From contig OLMU01001691.1 of assembly GCA_900291995.1 (NCBI GenBank), positions 1 through 34,633 on the forward strand: 34,633 nucleotides of DNA, read 5' to 3'. The stretch comes from Licmophora abbreviata (lineage: Eukaryota). Within the stretch, counting starts at the first letter, position 1. Every line of letters begins with the position of its first letter. The translations under genes were made by a program, and so were the position numbers. A model generated the notes under the pieces. It saw nothing but the letters and a program-made list of their open reading frames with translations, made no database searches and was not told the origin of the DNA. Of the stretch, positions 20,601 through 32,063 are shown one piece after another.

Positions 20601-21398
20601 GCACAGAGAGGTGACATATCGCCAAACGAAACCAACAACACTGATCTTGGTTGTGATAATGTGGGCCTCGGCGTCGATTCGTTGATTGGCGTCACGCAAC
20701 AAATTGAGCAGCTTGTCGATAAGCTCGCAAGCACGAGAGTTGATTTCGAGCAAAACCCTAGAGAGAGTCACTTTGAACGTGAGCAGGAGTCGAAATGGCT
20801 ACGCACGGTCATGGATACGCTCCGTGAATTCGTTGATTCCCAAGATGCTTCTTGCGAGATCAAGCAAGACGATGAAGCGCCGACCAAGGCGAGCATTTTG
20901 GAACTCTTACGGAAGGTCCTTGAAATGTCGCATGTGTCAGCTCACGCCATGAAGAAGAAAGTAAAGAAACTGGAAGCGAGGACGCACGAGTACAAGCAGA
21001 AGCTGGAAGGGGGCAGTGCCGCCTGGGAGACGCTTGTGTTAGAAAACAAAATGCTGAAAAAGTCCGAGAGAAAGAAAGAAGATGCTAGTAGGAAGGCGCA
21101 TGAGAATATCGTTGCAGAGAACGAGTTGTTAAGGCGGATTATTAGGAGGTTGACAGCTCAAACGAAAGCACTTCAGAAACGGTTTGAGGTTCTCATGGTT
21201 AGGCAGGAGGCTCTGCGACGGAAGACAAAAACTACGACAAATGAAGGACTGAACACTGAGAACGCGTTGGAGAAAATGAGGGAGACATCACTGGTTGCTG
21301 ACTTTATCGAGGGCATCGCAACCACCGAGTCACTATTGGCGGAGACAGACAGGTATGAGTCACTTGATAATCCCGAGCTGATCGTCAAGGAGTTTTGA
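17661..21398 (+). CDS. Large coiled-coil protein with N-terminal ankyrin-like repeats
   Basis: Intronless ORF (open from ATG 17502; MMRKTS at 17661 is the preferred start). Ankyrin-like units 'ILPAHEAV', 'GNLPLHLACK' and 'GRVPLRI', then roughly 900 aa of E/K/L-rich heptad sequence. Confidence 0.8.
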   Translation: MMRKTSRLSHDAATSNERDVTTMYELDDYESQRISLQKGAQLSLPEGSSTSEESAYAKHSELWADSVENPTQLFLRLHYSLWDLAIKTIEQRPLEAETWIISYKSSGKTKSKILPAHEAVQRQSPPCHLVQKLIAAYPTGLKCRDFEGNLPLHLACKNEPLVREGHEVIILLIEEYPESLFLANSHGRVPLRILQEVGAPNEVLDYVKHRMNNANVFHPYDESTDAESRHPSDQHDESSENDFASELNQRFMNTSLGSPFQYLGARQTRDSPESTPSQDRHQRSLYLKPSLDATDARRGEEKESVKRVALQTGHLHGEVSSEDDASGKLNIKLAKCMNENEALHQKLKKLTKEHTATKTVADEKAVLVGDLRQSLQSEREFFQRQLKEQQGKMKHTHKELAESEKLLDATTTRENVLLARVAMLESRLEDKKAESTTLLTALETEEKKKSELVVGTQLIQAELDATRSELSRKSMEIDDSRTSERETAIALINSKEKETSLTKQLDALKGVVTEKDARIRDLTSETTSLKNDQDELMRSFDNKLVSREKTIKNNTLEKEKLEKDIIELLARLESNQQLLKERELANQKISMELSKKTDEVTVLASENERCHTEIEKTSECLSETREAGERKSAVLRDLERKIEQLHLELEQRLAEATIESADKSDIITQLELHIKELRVERETLTENAGAERARMTETIQRLEKESEALRDENKELRTSEADLRNENVLLVKMVEEKCSQLTTICADNTELSAEVTRTESERQTLSVKVDKLLGELLDAQNRLDVEETALAETRRECECLSAQRIEHENEKCRSEGLDKENKSLRDTMESIHMKLRAVKEGAAKALEVNLDGALAENVIATMHAEMERLRQKNADLDLKLLGVREAEKSIEEMAVSNGQDLIKIRPLKETSRAENEKSESGKEELHIELQSFTLDDSIVRQDINNMAESLACVQREKSKLESVCVSTSRKMSEILQRLRSAQRGDISPNETNNTDLGCDNVGLGVDSLIGVTQQIEQLVDKLASTRVDFEQNPRESHFEREQESKWLRTVMDTLREFVDSQDASCEIKQDDEAPTKASILELLRKVLEMSHVSAHAMKKKVKKLEARTHEYKQKLEGGSAAWETLVLENKMLKKSERKKEDASRKAHENIVAENELLRRIIRRLTAQTKALQKRFEVLMVRQEALRRKTKTTTNEGLNTENALEKMRETSLVADFIEGIATTESLLAETDRYESLDNPELIVKEF

Positions 21399-21462
21399 AC
21401 GAGTCAAATGGATAAAACTATAAGCCACATCGGAACATTCGCCGAATCTGAGGATTATGACG

Positions 21463-24400
21463 TTACGTTAACTTGGAAAGAAGCAGAGTACCTCCAGCGC
21501 AGTGCGTTTCCAAGGGTCTCTTCGCTGACGGCGCAGTGGCCTTCTTAAGTAGCTTGAAAAGCCCTGTACCAAGAGGAATGGGAATGCCCATTATTATGCA
21601 TTCGCTCACACCGACAATCGCATCAGTTCTCCCATGCACTGCAGCATCGAACAAGTGATCTGTTGTTTTCTCAAAGGATGCGAGCATGAGGACGCTTTCT
21701 CGCATCTTCGATACGCCAAATCGCGTTATGCCCAAAATCTCTCCCTTGAAGGTCATGACATCAGATAAGAGCAGCAGGTGCCGACCGTCTATACCAATGC
21801 CATACGCATTCATAATGTAGGATATCTCGAATGCGATCTGAGTACGAGCTGCCTCAACTCCAAGCGTTTTTTCCACCTCAACTATGTGGTTCGTGGTAGT
21901 GCGAAGTCCATCCACTCCTGGTGAGCCCATCACCTCCGCAAGGCCATAACCCTCAACAAGAAGATGATAGGACTTCATACCGGACTTGGTTTCTTCGTTG
22001 ATAACTGCTCGATTAACGGATGGTATTCCTTGAACAATGACAAGCGGCAACGCAGCTTTGAGCGCTTGCATCATGAAATAAGTGCTCGGGGGCAAACTTG
22101 ACGAACGCGCAGGCTTGTTCTGGCTCGGCACGTAGACGCGAAGCTTCGACGTTGACCCCTTCTTAATTTTGACGTGGTGGTCCTTCAGCGTCCGAAGGAC
22201 GGCCGGTCTAGTCTGGCCGCGGCTTCCGGACAGAATAGATTGTCGTATTGAATATGTGTCAATGTTCAGCTTCAGCTGCTCGATAACTTCGGTATCAAGT
22301 TCTATCGAAACAAAGCATCTTCCATCTGAGAACACTTCTTTTATACATCGCGAAACCTCACCCAGTGCCGTCTTCTCGATGCTAGCTTTGACTAAACGAG
22401 CCCCAACTGCGTTGTCGTCCCGTTGGAGTCTTGCCGTAATGATTGGCGTCGAGATGAGCTTGGACGCATTGATAATCTCCTTCAGTCGCGGCACTCCCAA
22501 AGTGACATTCATTGAAGAAACCCCGGCAAAGTGAAAGGTCTGAGCACGTCCGAAACTGTTTAGAAAACGGTGTCTGTCTACAAAAGTTGCCATCAGACAG
22601 ATCCACTCACCTTTAACGTCATCTGTGTTCCGGGCTCACTTATACTCTGCGCTCCCATTGCTCCAACGGCTTCCCCAGGCTCGACGTGCGCGGCGTTATA
22701 CTTCACCAATGCCTTGTCGAGTGCAAGTAGCACCTGAGTCTCTGTGAAGCGGCATGAATTCCAGCAGAGTCGATCGAGATAGGCGCCTTCCGCCCCAGCT
22801 GCAATGCCAATACGCCTCTGCTCCTCTACCGTCTGCTGGAAAAACCCACGAATCTCTGACAGGAAAACTTTCCCGGTCGGCAGCAGGCTCTGGAATCGAT
22901 CTTCGCCCAGAAGAGTGTCTACCATTTCCATTAGACGCGAGGGTCCCAACATGGCCTCCTCGTGGCAAGGAGCAACCTGGTTCACATTGAGTCGGAGGCG
23001 CTCGAAACTGACCGGCCGATCATTCTCTTCCATCTTTTCAGGGTTCAGGTTGTCGTCACCGTACACGAACTGTACGACTGTGCTTTCGCTGTTTCGGACG
23101 GAAGAATCGTACTGAAGCGAAAGGTCTTCCAGTGCCTGAATACAAATCGATTGGTTAGTCTAAAGTGTCTGTCAAACGCATCAATCTTCAACCACAATAC
23201 GTGCGTACCTTCATCAGACGTCGGGCCATGTATCCAGTTTCAGCTGTTTTCACCGCTGTATCAACCAATCCTTCCCGCCCACCCATACTATGGAAGAAGA
23301 ACTCAGTGGCTGTAAGCCCAGTGTAGAAAGAATTCGCAACGAAGCCCTTTGCTGCGGGGGTGAGACTATGGTGCGCAAAGTGGGGGAGTGTGCGATTGAC
23401 GAACCCTTCCTGAATACGCATTCCTCCAACAGCTTGCTGGCCGACACAGGCAATCATTTGTGAAATATTTAACGGGCTGCCTTTCGATCCGCATTCAGCC
23501 ATGGTGCGTGGTGTGTTAGTCCATGGCAGAGCTTTCATCGCCTGTTGGCCTGCCGCCTCGCGCAGTTTCCCAAGAATTCCGTTTAGGACTTCCTCCAAGG
23601 ACTGAAGCATGTCGCATCCAGGTCGAAGCTCTAGTTCACCCCTCTCGTACAGGTCAATACACTCATCGGCCTGCGGTTAAAGTGTTTGATGGCGTGCTGT
23701 AAGTCACGTATCGAGCTCAAAACCGACAACAACGCGAGGGGTACGCACCTTCTGGTATCCATCAGACAGAATTTCGCGCTTGAGGGCTCGAAGCTCTCTC
23801 GATGGTGTTACATCCGATATCCCAATGGAAAATGCCTTGTGACCACCAAAGTAGTTTGAACACAGCTTCGCCCATCGACCCATAGTTTGGCCCGCGGTCA
23901 TCTCACTACAGTCGCGCAGCAAAACATAAAGTAGTCCGGTCTTGCTTCCATCCCCAATAGTCTTTTTTGCAACATTTCCGCTTATTAGCTCGCCACTCCG
24001 AAAAGCAACCCATCCATCATTCGGACAGAAGTGTTTCTGGTCGAGGTCTGACGCATAGTTCTTCTCTTTGGTTTCAAAGCTGACTAGAGCCTCACTGTGT
24101 TTGTTCGGTCGGAGCATTGTCGTAAACACTTGCTTTCCTGTCCAGAGTGCCACAGGCTTGACAATGGCAGGCACAGGGATATCGATTGGCTCATTCGCGT
24201 CGCCAAAGTAGGAAACGAGCTGGCAAAACTCGGGCCGGGTAAAGAATCGGTCGCGCTGTGTCAGCAAATATGCCGCGGAAAGAAAGTCCTGACTTGCCGC
24301 CACGAGAGGCTCGCCGTTGCGTGCCGTCACTAGATTGTGATGAACCCCCATCAGTAGCGAAGCCTCAGTCCGTGCCTCTTCAGTCTGTGGCAAGTGCATG

Positions 24401-26004
24401 TTCATTTCGTCGCCGTCAAAGTCGGCGTTGTAAGGAGCACACACGCATGTGTTGAACCTGAATGTCTTCCAGTCCATCACCTTGACACGATGCGCCATTA
24501 TGGAGAGCTTATGTAGCGATGGCTGTCGATTGAACAAAACGACATCATCGTCTTCCATATGTCGCTCGACAATATCCCCCACCCGAAGTCCCTTGGCGGC
24601 GCGCTCGCGATCTCCAAATGCAAGAGACTTGACAAACGAGCCATCGCCTGACATTCGAATAAGATTGGCACCAGGATGCATTTTCGGTCCGTTCCGGACT
24701 CGTTCTCGTAGCTTTTCGATATTGTACCGAGAAACCCGCTCTGGATAGGTCATAGTGCGGGCCACCAGCATGGGAACTCCAACTTGATTGACACAGAGAT
24801 TAGGATCGGGCGAAATGACGGTTCGCGCGGAGAAGTCGACGCGCTTGCCACTCAGATTACCTCGAAAGCGACCCTGCTTGCCTTTGAGTCGCTGGCACAA
24901 ACCTCGTATCGGTTTAGTGCCCATGGGTCGTTGAACTCCCGGAAGTTCGCCGTTGACGTACTGCGCGACTTGTGTCTGCAGAAAGTCCCATGTTTCCATA
25001 ATGGTCCGTGTCGGCGGTCCCTTCGTGAGTGCCAGTTCGAGTGCAACATTGACATCGATAATTTCCTGCAGCTTTACGGTAAGATCATCTTCGTTGCTGC
25101 CTCCCCCGACATCCATGGCGACCGAAGGTCGAATTGGAACGGGCGGAACCAACAAGTTTTGAAGAATCAAATGCTCTGGCCGTCCGATCCTTGGATCCAT
25201 CCAAAGTATCTCACAATCGTCGCTTGGAATCTTGCGAAAAAGCTGCAGTACCTTGGTGGGGAGCAAGTCTTCGACAACCGTTGTATGACGATTGGCTCCT
25301 GTCGTATGCGACAATAGCGTCGCAATGTCCTTGTTGAAGCCCATGGCAGTGTCGAGTTTTTCTGTGAGCTCTTCCAGTTCATCTGGTGCCTGCTTGTACT
25401 TTTCATGAACTAGCTTAAGAGTCGGCGCTGTAGTAATCTTCTTGACAGTACCATTGGTATCCTTGCAATACGGACACGTTCTGTACTTTTTGCACGTCAG
25501 CACAAGCTGCTTCAAGACGGCCGCCTTGTAGAGAGCATCCGTCCGCGTAACACTCCTCATCTTGCGCAAGTGCACGCTTCGCTCGGGTTCCTTCAACAAG
25601 ACTCGACTGCAGGTTTTGCAAATGCACTGTAGAATCTGCAGTGTATGACGCATGTAGCCTATGTGAAAGACGGGCAGTGCCAGTTTGACGTACCCAAAGT
25701 GGCCGGCACAATCGGTTAACTTGGAATGGCAGGTCGCACACGTGCTGACTTTGTCGCTCACACCCAACCGACTGTCCAAACAGCCATTTTTGGCAGGGGT
25801 TCGTGCGGGCATAGTAAAGAGTTCACGAGAGGATACTTGGAATTCCGAAAGACGCTGAATTTCATCGCTGCTCAGTAGGCCAAATTGGACATGGGAAATC
25901 TTTTTGGGGCCCAAGTCGTCTCGGACCAAGTGTTTGTGCTTGTGATGCTGAAATGAAGCCGCGTCTACAGGTGTAGTACCAGAGCTTCCGTTCGTGGGCG
26001 ACAT
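21463..26004 (-). CDS. RPC1: DNA-directed RNA polymerase III largest subunit; exons 26004-23749, 23670-23209, 23135-22611, 22539-21463 (about 1439 aa)
   Basis: CAGHFG Zn site, [32 protein letters not shown], catalytic [11 protein letters not shown] and [30 protein letters not shown]. Pol III-type GTQMTLK|TFHFAGV and [31 protein letters not shown], with no heptad CTD. Phase-0 GT-AG introns of 78, 73 and 71 nt. Confidence 0.97.
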
Positions 26005-26088
26005 GGTGCTTCAGAGAAAAAGAGGTCGATAGCTTTCACGTTGGTTGTAGTATCAGACCGCCATGGTGAAAAGATTAGACGCGCCGCG

Positions 26089-26100
26089 TTTGGCGCCAAA
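26089..26100. promoter_or_regulatory. Palindromic E2F-consensus site TTTGGCGCCAAA in the RPC1/SMP-gene divergent promoter
   Basis: Perfect 12-bp palindrome matching TTTSSCGC on both strands, 85 bp upstream of the RPC1 ATG. Function is inferred only. Confidence 0.45.
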
Positions 26101-26324
26101 ACTTGAAGAATTGGCGGTGCAGATCGAATCGTGGGAGTGAAGGACAGACTGTGGATCTATGACGCCTTCGACTCAAATCTTGCGTCGTCGCGCGACACGC
26201 GACATGATGGCAACGCGATGAGACGGCATCACGCATCACATCAGCCAGAATGGAGGGTGTCAAGAGGCGAGGACGCTTCTTCTTGTGCTGTTTGCCTCCT
26301 TTAAAAAACATTATCGATACATAT

Positions 26325-29300
26325 ATGTCGGACGCTCCGACGGTCATCCAACGACGGCCTGGTCGTCGACGAAGACGACCACGTTTAAGCCTGCTCATCT
26401 TGACGTCCATTCTCGGAGTAATGTCGTCAGGCAGTCGTGGACAGCCTTCGGCTGTTGTTGCAGAGATGGAGGAGGATGGAAGTAGTGCGCCTCAACGCTC
26501 AACGGAACTAGAATATCACGACGAATCGCTGCTGCGACAGGTTCAAGAGGTTTTGACGGACGCATCGCCATCCCTGACGCCACTCATAGGTGTCACCACC
26601 ACGGGTGGCACGACGACGGCAACGACGCGTGGTAGACAAAAAGACGAACGCACTACTAGGGGTAATCGAATAAGGACTCGCTGGAAATCATTGAACGATA
26701 AGATTCAGAATGTCATCTCAACCGCGTTTTCTTCCTCCGGTGTCGCCACCATGGCCGAATCGCAGACCGTGGCCACCGTCGCCATGACGGCCGTCCAGGT
26801 CGAGCGTGAGCTCTTTCACGATGATGAAGTCGTGATATTATCCATGTCGCCACGCACTAGTAGGAACAAAGAAGATGCGGAAGAGCGGCGGCGGCGGGAA
26901 GAACGAAGAAATAGAATACGGCGTCAGCGAGCCAAATATCAAGCAATGTCGAGGCGACGTGCTGCGACCAATGACGCAATGTTGGACATGGAAACGATCG
27001 AGGGAGCGAGGTTGCTGTCGGCCTCATTCGGTGTGATTGCCAATACGATTGGGCTTATTGCCGATGGCGTGCGTGTCAGTGGTGAAACGGCAGCCGGTGT
27101 CATGGGATCGTCGGTGAAGCTGGTGGGGACGGCCGTCAAGTCGGTGAGCGGTAATTTGGAGACTGCGAGCCGCATACTGGAACCAATGCAGCGACATGAT
27201 GGTAGTGCTGCTGCGGAGGGAGGTGGACGTAAACCCCTGACGGCACAGCGATTAAAGGAGCGACAACAGAAACGCGGAAAATTGAATGATGGTGACTTCG
27301 AGGAAGATCATCACCATGATGGCGTCTTTCGTAACACGAGAGGTGTGGCGGCGCAGAGTCTGCGGTGCGTATCTGTTGTTGTCGTCTCGGATTTTGCGTA
27401 TCAAGACAACAAGCATGATACTCACTGGATCATCTTTTATTCTTCCTCGATACCTTCAGACTCGTAGGGAACGTGATCCGGGGCTTCGGTGACACCTTGG
27501 TACTCGCTGGATCGGCGACCGAGTCGGTCGCGGCATCTGCCGCAGGTGTTGCGGAAGGGTCCGTTCGCATTTTTGAAGACTTTGCTGGCTCGATATCCGT
27601 TGCCATGACGTCCGCAGGGCGTGTGACCACGCAGCAGGCATCCGTCGAGACAAAGACCGAATCTGCTACAAGCGACGACAATGAGGCCGGGCACAACGCT
27701 GACGACCACGACGACGATTCATTTTTCACTTATGGTTCATATGACTTCCCAATGGAATTTGACTCCGTAGCAGACTGGATGTCACGTATGGAAAGGCGAC
27801 GCTCGGAGAAGGAAGAGGCGCTATTAAAAAGCTTCCTGGACGAGCTGATGAGTCAGGCGTGGGAGTTTGCCCTCTTTCTATTTTCCGACACACGGGGCGT
27901 GCCGAGTTTTGCGTACGACTTGTTGGGAGTGATGATACTGTGTTACGTGCTGGCACTTTGGACACTATCGCCACGCGATAGAGACGAGAGACAAGTCCGG
28001 CATGGAGTGCCGATGCTTGCTGTAGAGATCGAAGACTCAGAATCCTCGCAGTCGGGTGGCGAGCATACAGTCGATCATTTGGATCGCGATCTGACTTCCA
28101 CGCCGCAATCCGTCGTCGGCACTGATACGGCACGACCAGCGACCAACTGGAAGCGCATGCGATTGATTCCCGTTCGTATGCTTTCGGCTGTGATAACCAA
28201 GATTTTGCGGGGCATCCTTAGCCGACAGGCTTTGCTCGTGGTTTTGTATATATTCGCGTGGCTTTATTTGAGTAGGGCGTCTCAGCTGCGCTCGGGGGTT
28301 ATTCAGCGACATGGAGAAATAGCGGGATTTCGTTCTGCCATTGAGTCGTTAGGTCGAACGACGCCGACTTCTAGAGAGTCGCTCGTCTGGATGAATTCGC
28401 TGATGGAACAGATCTGGCGAGTCAGCTACGATCCTTTTAGCGAACAAGACCGGAAATGGGCGAAAGGGACACGAGACTATCCTGAATTCGTGCGTCGTGC
28501 CATAAGGGATTCTCTGCAAGTGAATCCGGACTGCCTATGGGATGCGGCTGACAGGTCTCCCTGTCTCCCATACGGGGGACTGGAGCCTTACTTCGTTTCG
28601 AAGATTGGGAAGTACCTTCTAGACACCTTGGAAGCATCGAAGGCGTCGCGGAAGAACGACGTTGCTTATGTGTCGCTCTACTCCTTTACATTAGGAAGTC
28701 GACCACCACTGCTCCGAAGCGTTGAATTGCTCGGAAAGAGAGACGACGGGAAGTATCTGCAGTTCGATGTGGAGATCGATGCCTTTCTGGAAGACTTGTC
28801 GTTAGTGCTTGGTAAGTGTTCTTGGTGCAGATATGGCCAAATCGACAATGATATCTTCTAAACGTATTTGTGACTGCCTCTTTCTTCCTGCCAACAAAGA
28901 GGTGAAGCTATCATCTCTCGACTATGCGCTTCTCCCGTCGACGAAAGTCTCGATTCACTCTGTTGATGTCAATCTCCCATTGAAGGTTTCCGTGGCTGCC
29001 TCTCCAGAATACCCTTTCATTTCTACGCTTGAGTTTTCGTTTGCTGAGACGCCCGAATTTAACGTTCGCATTACTCCTTTGAGCCGTGATAGGTAAATGC
29101 CTTTCCACGTTGGAATGATTTCTACTTGTGCCACTATGTTTTCTAACCTAGACTCGCATCCTCTGTCTCGTTAGTGGTCTGAAAGGAGTTGATCTGGGAT
29201 CGTTGCCGGTCATCCGAGAGTGGATCCAGGAAGTGATCAGAGAAACCCTAACAGAATATGTCACACCCAAATATATTCAGCTGGATTTCGCCACTTGGTT

Positions 29301-29865
29301 CAAATCTGGGGGACAATGCACACTACCGTACGTCTCAGATCTCTATATTGTTCCTGCTCCTATCTTATCCCGGTGTCCCTTACCAAAGATCTCGCTACTC
29401 TTCCGTTGCTATTACAGAAATGAGCTCCCGCCGACGACCACGGACTTGTCCCAACTTCGCAAGAAGACTCGTGCACATGTGAATCCGAATCCTCGAACGT
29501 CGTCCCCACAGGGCGTCACGATCAGTTCCGTCGCTGAATCACTTGCGTCCCATAAGTCTGCGCATGGTTCGCTCAGTGTGAAGTACGGACATGGAAGGGA
29601 CGGCACCTACAACCAAGTCCGGCCCATCGTAAAACCAAAGACCGAACTGTCACGACTGGGGATGGACCGATGGATATCTAAGCAGACCAAGAACATCGAC
29701 AATGTTCCAAGTAGAAAGAATAGACTGGCGGACTTGCTCGGACGCCCAATGTCGCTTGTTTCGCCCTTTCTGATTGCCATCGCAGCTGGTGTGTTTCGCG
29801 ATCGAGTCGTCGACGATCCCCCGAGCGACGCAGCAGACGACGAGGAAGACATCCTGTTATTGTAG
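26325..29865 (+). CDS. Membrane protein with SMP (synaptotagmin-like/TULIP) lipid-transfer domain; exons 26325-27364, 27460-28811, 28900-29092, 29175-29327, 29418-29865 (about 1061 aa)
   Basis: Four GT-AG introns (95, 88, 82, 90 nt) join the ORF pieces in phase. SMP hallmarks after TM segments: 'ESLVWMNSLMEQIW', 'SFTLGSRPP', 'YPFISTLEFSFAETPEFNVRITPL' and 'DLGSLPVIREWIQEVIRETLTEYVTP'. Confidence 0.75.
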
Positions 29866-30039
29866 GGAATCGCTGTCTTTAGGTATTGTTATGATAGTTA
29901 GCGAACGTCGTATCGTAGAAGTCACCAAGGTGTGAGACTTTCAATACATAGAATCGCACCACGGTATGTCTGGCCTTCGCTCCCTCACGGCGCTTGTCAT
30001 CTCATGAAGCACGGCGCACAAACACAAACAGCTGTCACC

Positions 30040-30504
30040 ATGATGGTGCCGATGATCCGTCTCTCGCTCCTTGGTATTGTCGTGCTGATGAGTTCTGGAC
30101 TCGAAACCGCGTCGTCAACATCCAGTAAGAGTACAGTCTTATCCTTCGCATTGTCTTCTCCCGCCGAGAGTGATGGCAGGAGCGACAACCAGCCCCTTGA
30201 CGCCGAAGCGTCCAGCGAGAAGACGAGTACGCCGCAGCTCCCCGCTTCGGATCCCGATGCCGACATTCCTTCCCTCAAACTAGGCGAATCCATGAAGCTA
30301 GATCAGTTAGGACCTGTTATTATTAATCTAGACGGGACGACCAGGCGGATCGACAACTGGGACGATATGACGGAGAAAGAAAGGGAGGTCACCTGGAGAC
30401 GAATCAGCAAGCGAAATAAAGAGCGACGAAGATTGCTCATGGAAAAAATGCGACAACAAAAACAGGAGGAACGATCACTAGACTGTGAAAATGAAGAGCT
30501 GTAA
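30040..30504 (+). CDS. Small conserved uncharacterised protein with N-terminal signal peptide
   Basis: MMVPMIRLSLLGIVVLMSSG signal-like start and a Ser-rich linker. Then 'KLDQLGPVIINLDGTTRRIDNWDDMTEKEREVTWRRISKRN', a motif I recall from uncharacterised fungal and algal proteins. Confidence 0.7.
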   Translation: MMVPMIRLSLLGIVVLMSSGLETASSTSSKSTVLSFALSSPAESDGRSDNQPLDAEASSEKTSTPQLPASDPDADIPSLKLGESMKLDQLGPVIINLDGTTRRIDNWDDMTEKEREVTWRRISKRNKERRRLLMEKMRQQKQEERSLDCENEEL

Positions 30505-30624
30505 AACTACTGTATGGAAATGCTACGCTCATAGTTAGCATCCAAGTTCCTTAGAACGATTGGATATTTGTTGCCAGTGTTACCATAGTTACAGCAATCG
30601 CTTCCCTAAAAGAGAAATACTAAA

Positions 30625-31782
30625 CTACTCTATCACTTTTTGCTCTCGCAATGAAGAAACCATGAATGCATCGAATGCGCTCCATATCTCCATCGACTCT
30701 AACGGCTGGTTCACTGGATCCAAAGCTCTAAACATCCATGGCCCGACTCCCGCTAGACCTGCTTGTCGCGCCCACTCGTATTTTGCTCGGAGGGAAGCTG
30801 GATCGTCAAACCAATATTGAACCACATCACCACCATCCAAGACGGCATTGAAAAAGGGAGCATTCATAGACTCATCGCGTCTCAGGCCTCCGGTGACGCT
30901 GACATCCGTGGATCCCAGCACTTGCATGACATCGGAGTAGTTCACTTCGTCTCCCGCCGCATCGCTGCAGTTTACCCCGCGAAACGGAACATGCTTGATG
31001 GGACAGTACAAGGCGTCAGAGAGTGTCCCTTCCAAACAAGGGTATCTGTACGCATACCATGGTACTCCGAGGATGAGCTTGGCTGGATCCACACCCAGAT
31101 CAAACCATCGTTGCATCCCTTGAATCATTCCAGGAAGTGGGGCGTTTGCGCTCGCAATACAGGCATCGAATATCTGGCTCCGGGTGTCATAGTCCATGAC
31201 GAAGAGCAAATCAGAACCGTCCGCAAGCTGTCGATACGGATAAGCCCTCCCGTCGACGTTGTCGGGGGACCAAGCAACGCAAGTGGTCACTTGCAGACTT
31301 GGGTTGGCGGCATGGAAGGCATCGCTTGTCTCTTGGACAAGCAAAGCATACGTCTCCCCTTCCTTGGATCCCTGTGGCTGTGCATCTTCATAGTCGAAGG
31401 CGATTCCATCTCTAAATGTACTCTGCACTTGATGCAGCGCACCCTGGATCCACTCGCGTCTCGCCGTCTCGTTTCGGAGATCACTGAGCGACTCGCCCAT
31501 TGGCACTTGAATTACCGCACGTGCGCCGTGTTTGTGAGCTTGACACATGAGACTATCCTCCGATGCATCAGCAACAGTCGTAACATGCGTCCAGTTCATT
31601 GTGTAACCCTCGGGGCGCTTGACGAAACCACCGTAAAAGCCAAACACTTCCCCGTCGGAGCGTACCGGTGGACCTCGGATGGGTTGACACCATCTTTCTT
31701 CATCGCAAGGACAAGAGACGGCTGCAGACTGGGACCACACAAGGGTCGTTAGCAAAAGGAAGCATCTAAGATAGAGTCGCAT
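30625..31782 (-). CDS. CTBS: Di-N-acetylchitobiase (GH18), secreted/lysosomal
   Basis: Signal peptide MRLYLRCFLLLTTLVWSQS, then 'CPCDEERWCQPI', 'LMCQAHKHGAR', catalytic 'DGIAFDYE', 'LFVMDYD', 'KLILGVPWY', 'VPFRGVNCSDAAG' and 'WFDDP.SL..KY...LAGVGPW'. Confidence 0.9.
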   Translation of the reverse strand: MRLYLRCFLLLTTLVWSQSAAVSCPCDEERWCQPIRGPPVRSDGEVFGFYGGFVKRPEGYTMNWTHVTTVADASEDSLMCQAHKHGARAVIQVPMGESLSDLRNETARREWIQGALHQVQSTFRDGIAFDYEDAQPQGSKEGETYALLVQETSDAFHAANPSLQVTTCVAWSPDNVDGRAYPYRQLADGSDLLFVMDYDTRSQIFDACIASANAPLPGMIQGMQRWFDLGVDPAKLILGVPWYAYRYPCLEGTLSDALYCPIKHVPFRGVNCSDAAGDEVNYSDVMQVLGSTDVSVTGGLRRDESMNAPFFNAVLDGGDVVQYWFDDPASLRAKYEWARQAGLAGVGPWMFRALDPVNQPLESMEIWSAFDAFMVSSLREQKVIE

Positions 31783-32063
31783 ACCGGTATCAGTCATCAG
31801 AAGGCGATCTATGAGGCTGAGGTGAGCGAGGTTGATGGCATCGTGCTGTGCCATCATGCGATCACAGGTGGTCAGTTGCGATGGCGGCGCGTCGTGCTGT
31901 GGCCGCGCGCGCCTCATCGCGATACATACATCCCAGGCGACTTCCACTGGCGAGAGGATTTGGGACCTCATCGGTTTGTCCATTATACCAACTATATAGT
32001 ATCCATATCCACATGCCTTTCTCTTCGCCTCACATTGGAGTGCTGTCTTGATATTAAGTTCGT

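Noticed and set aside
2221..26004. RPB2 and RPC1 within about 15 kb as a polymerase cluster or viral (NCLDV) insert
   Set aside because: They belong to different polymerases, both are canonical intron-containing nuclear genes, unrelated genes separate them, and no viral hallmark genes are present.
30763..31752. 329-aa antisense ORF over the chitobiase, and similar shadow ORFs over RPB2, RPC1, PGAM5 and the coiled-coil gene
   Set aside because: They lie fully opposite well-supported genes, have no motifs, and are expected by-products of codon bias.
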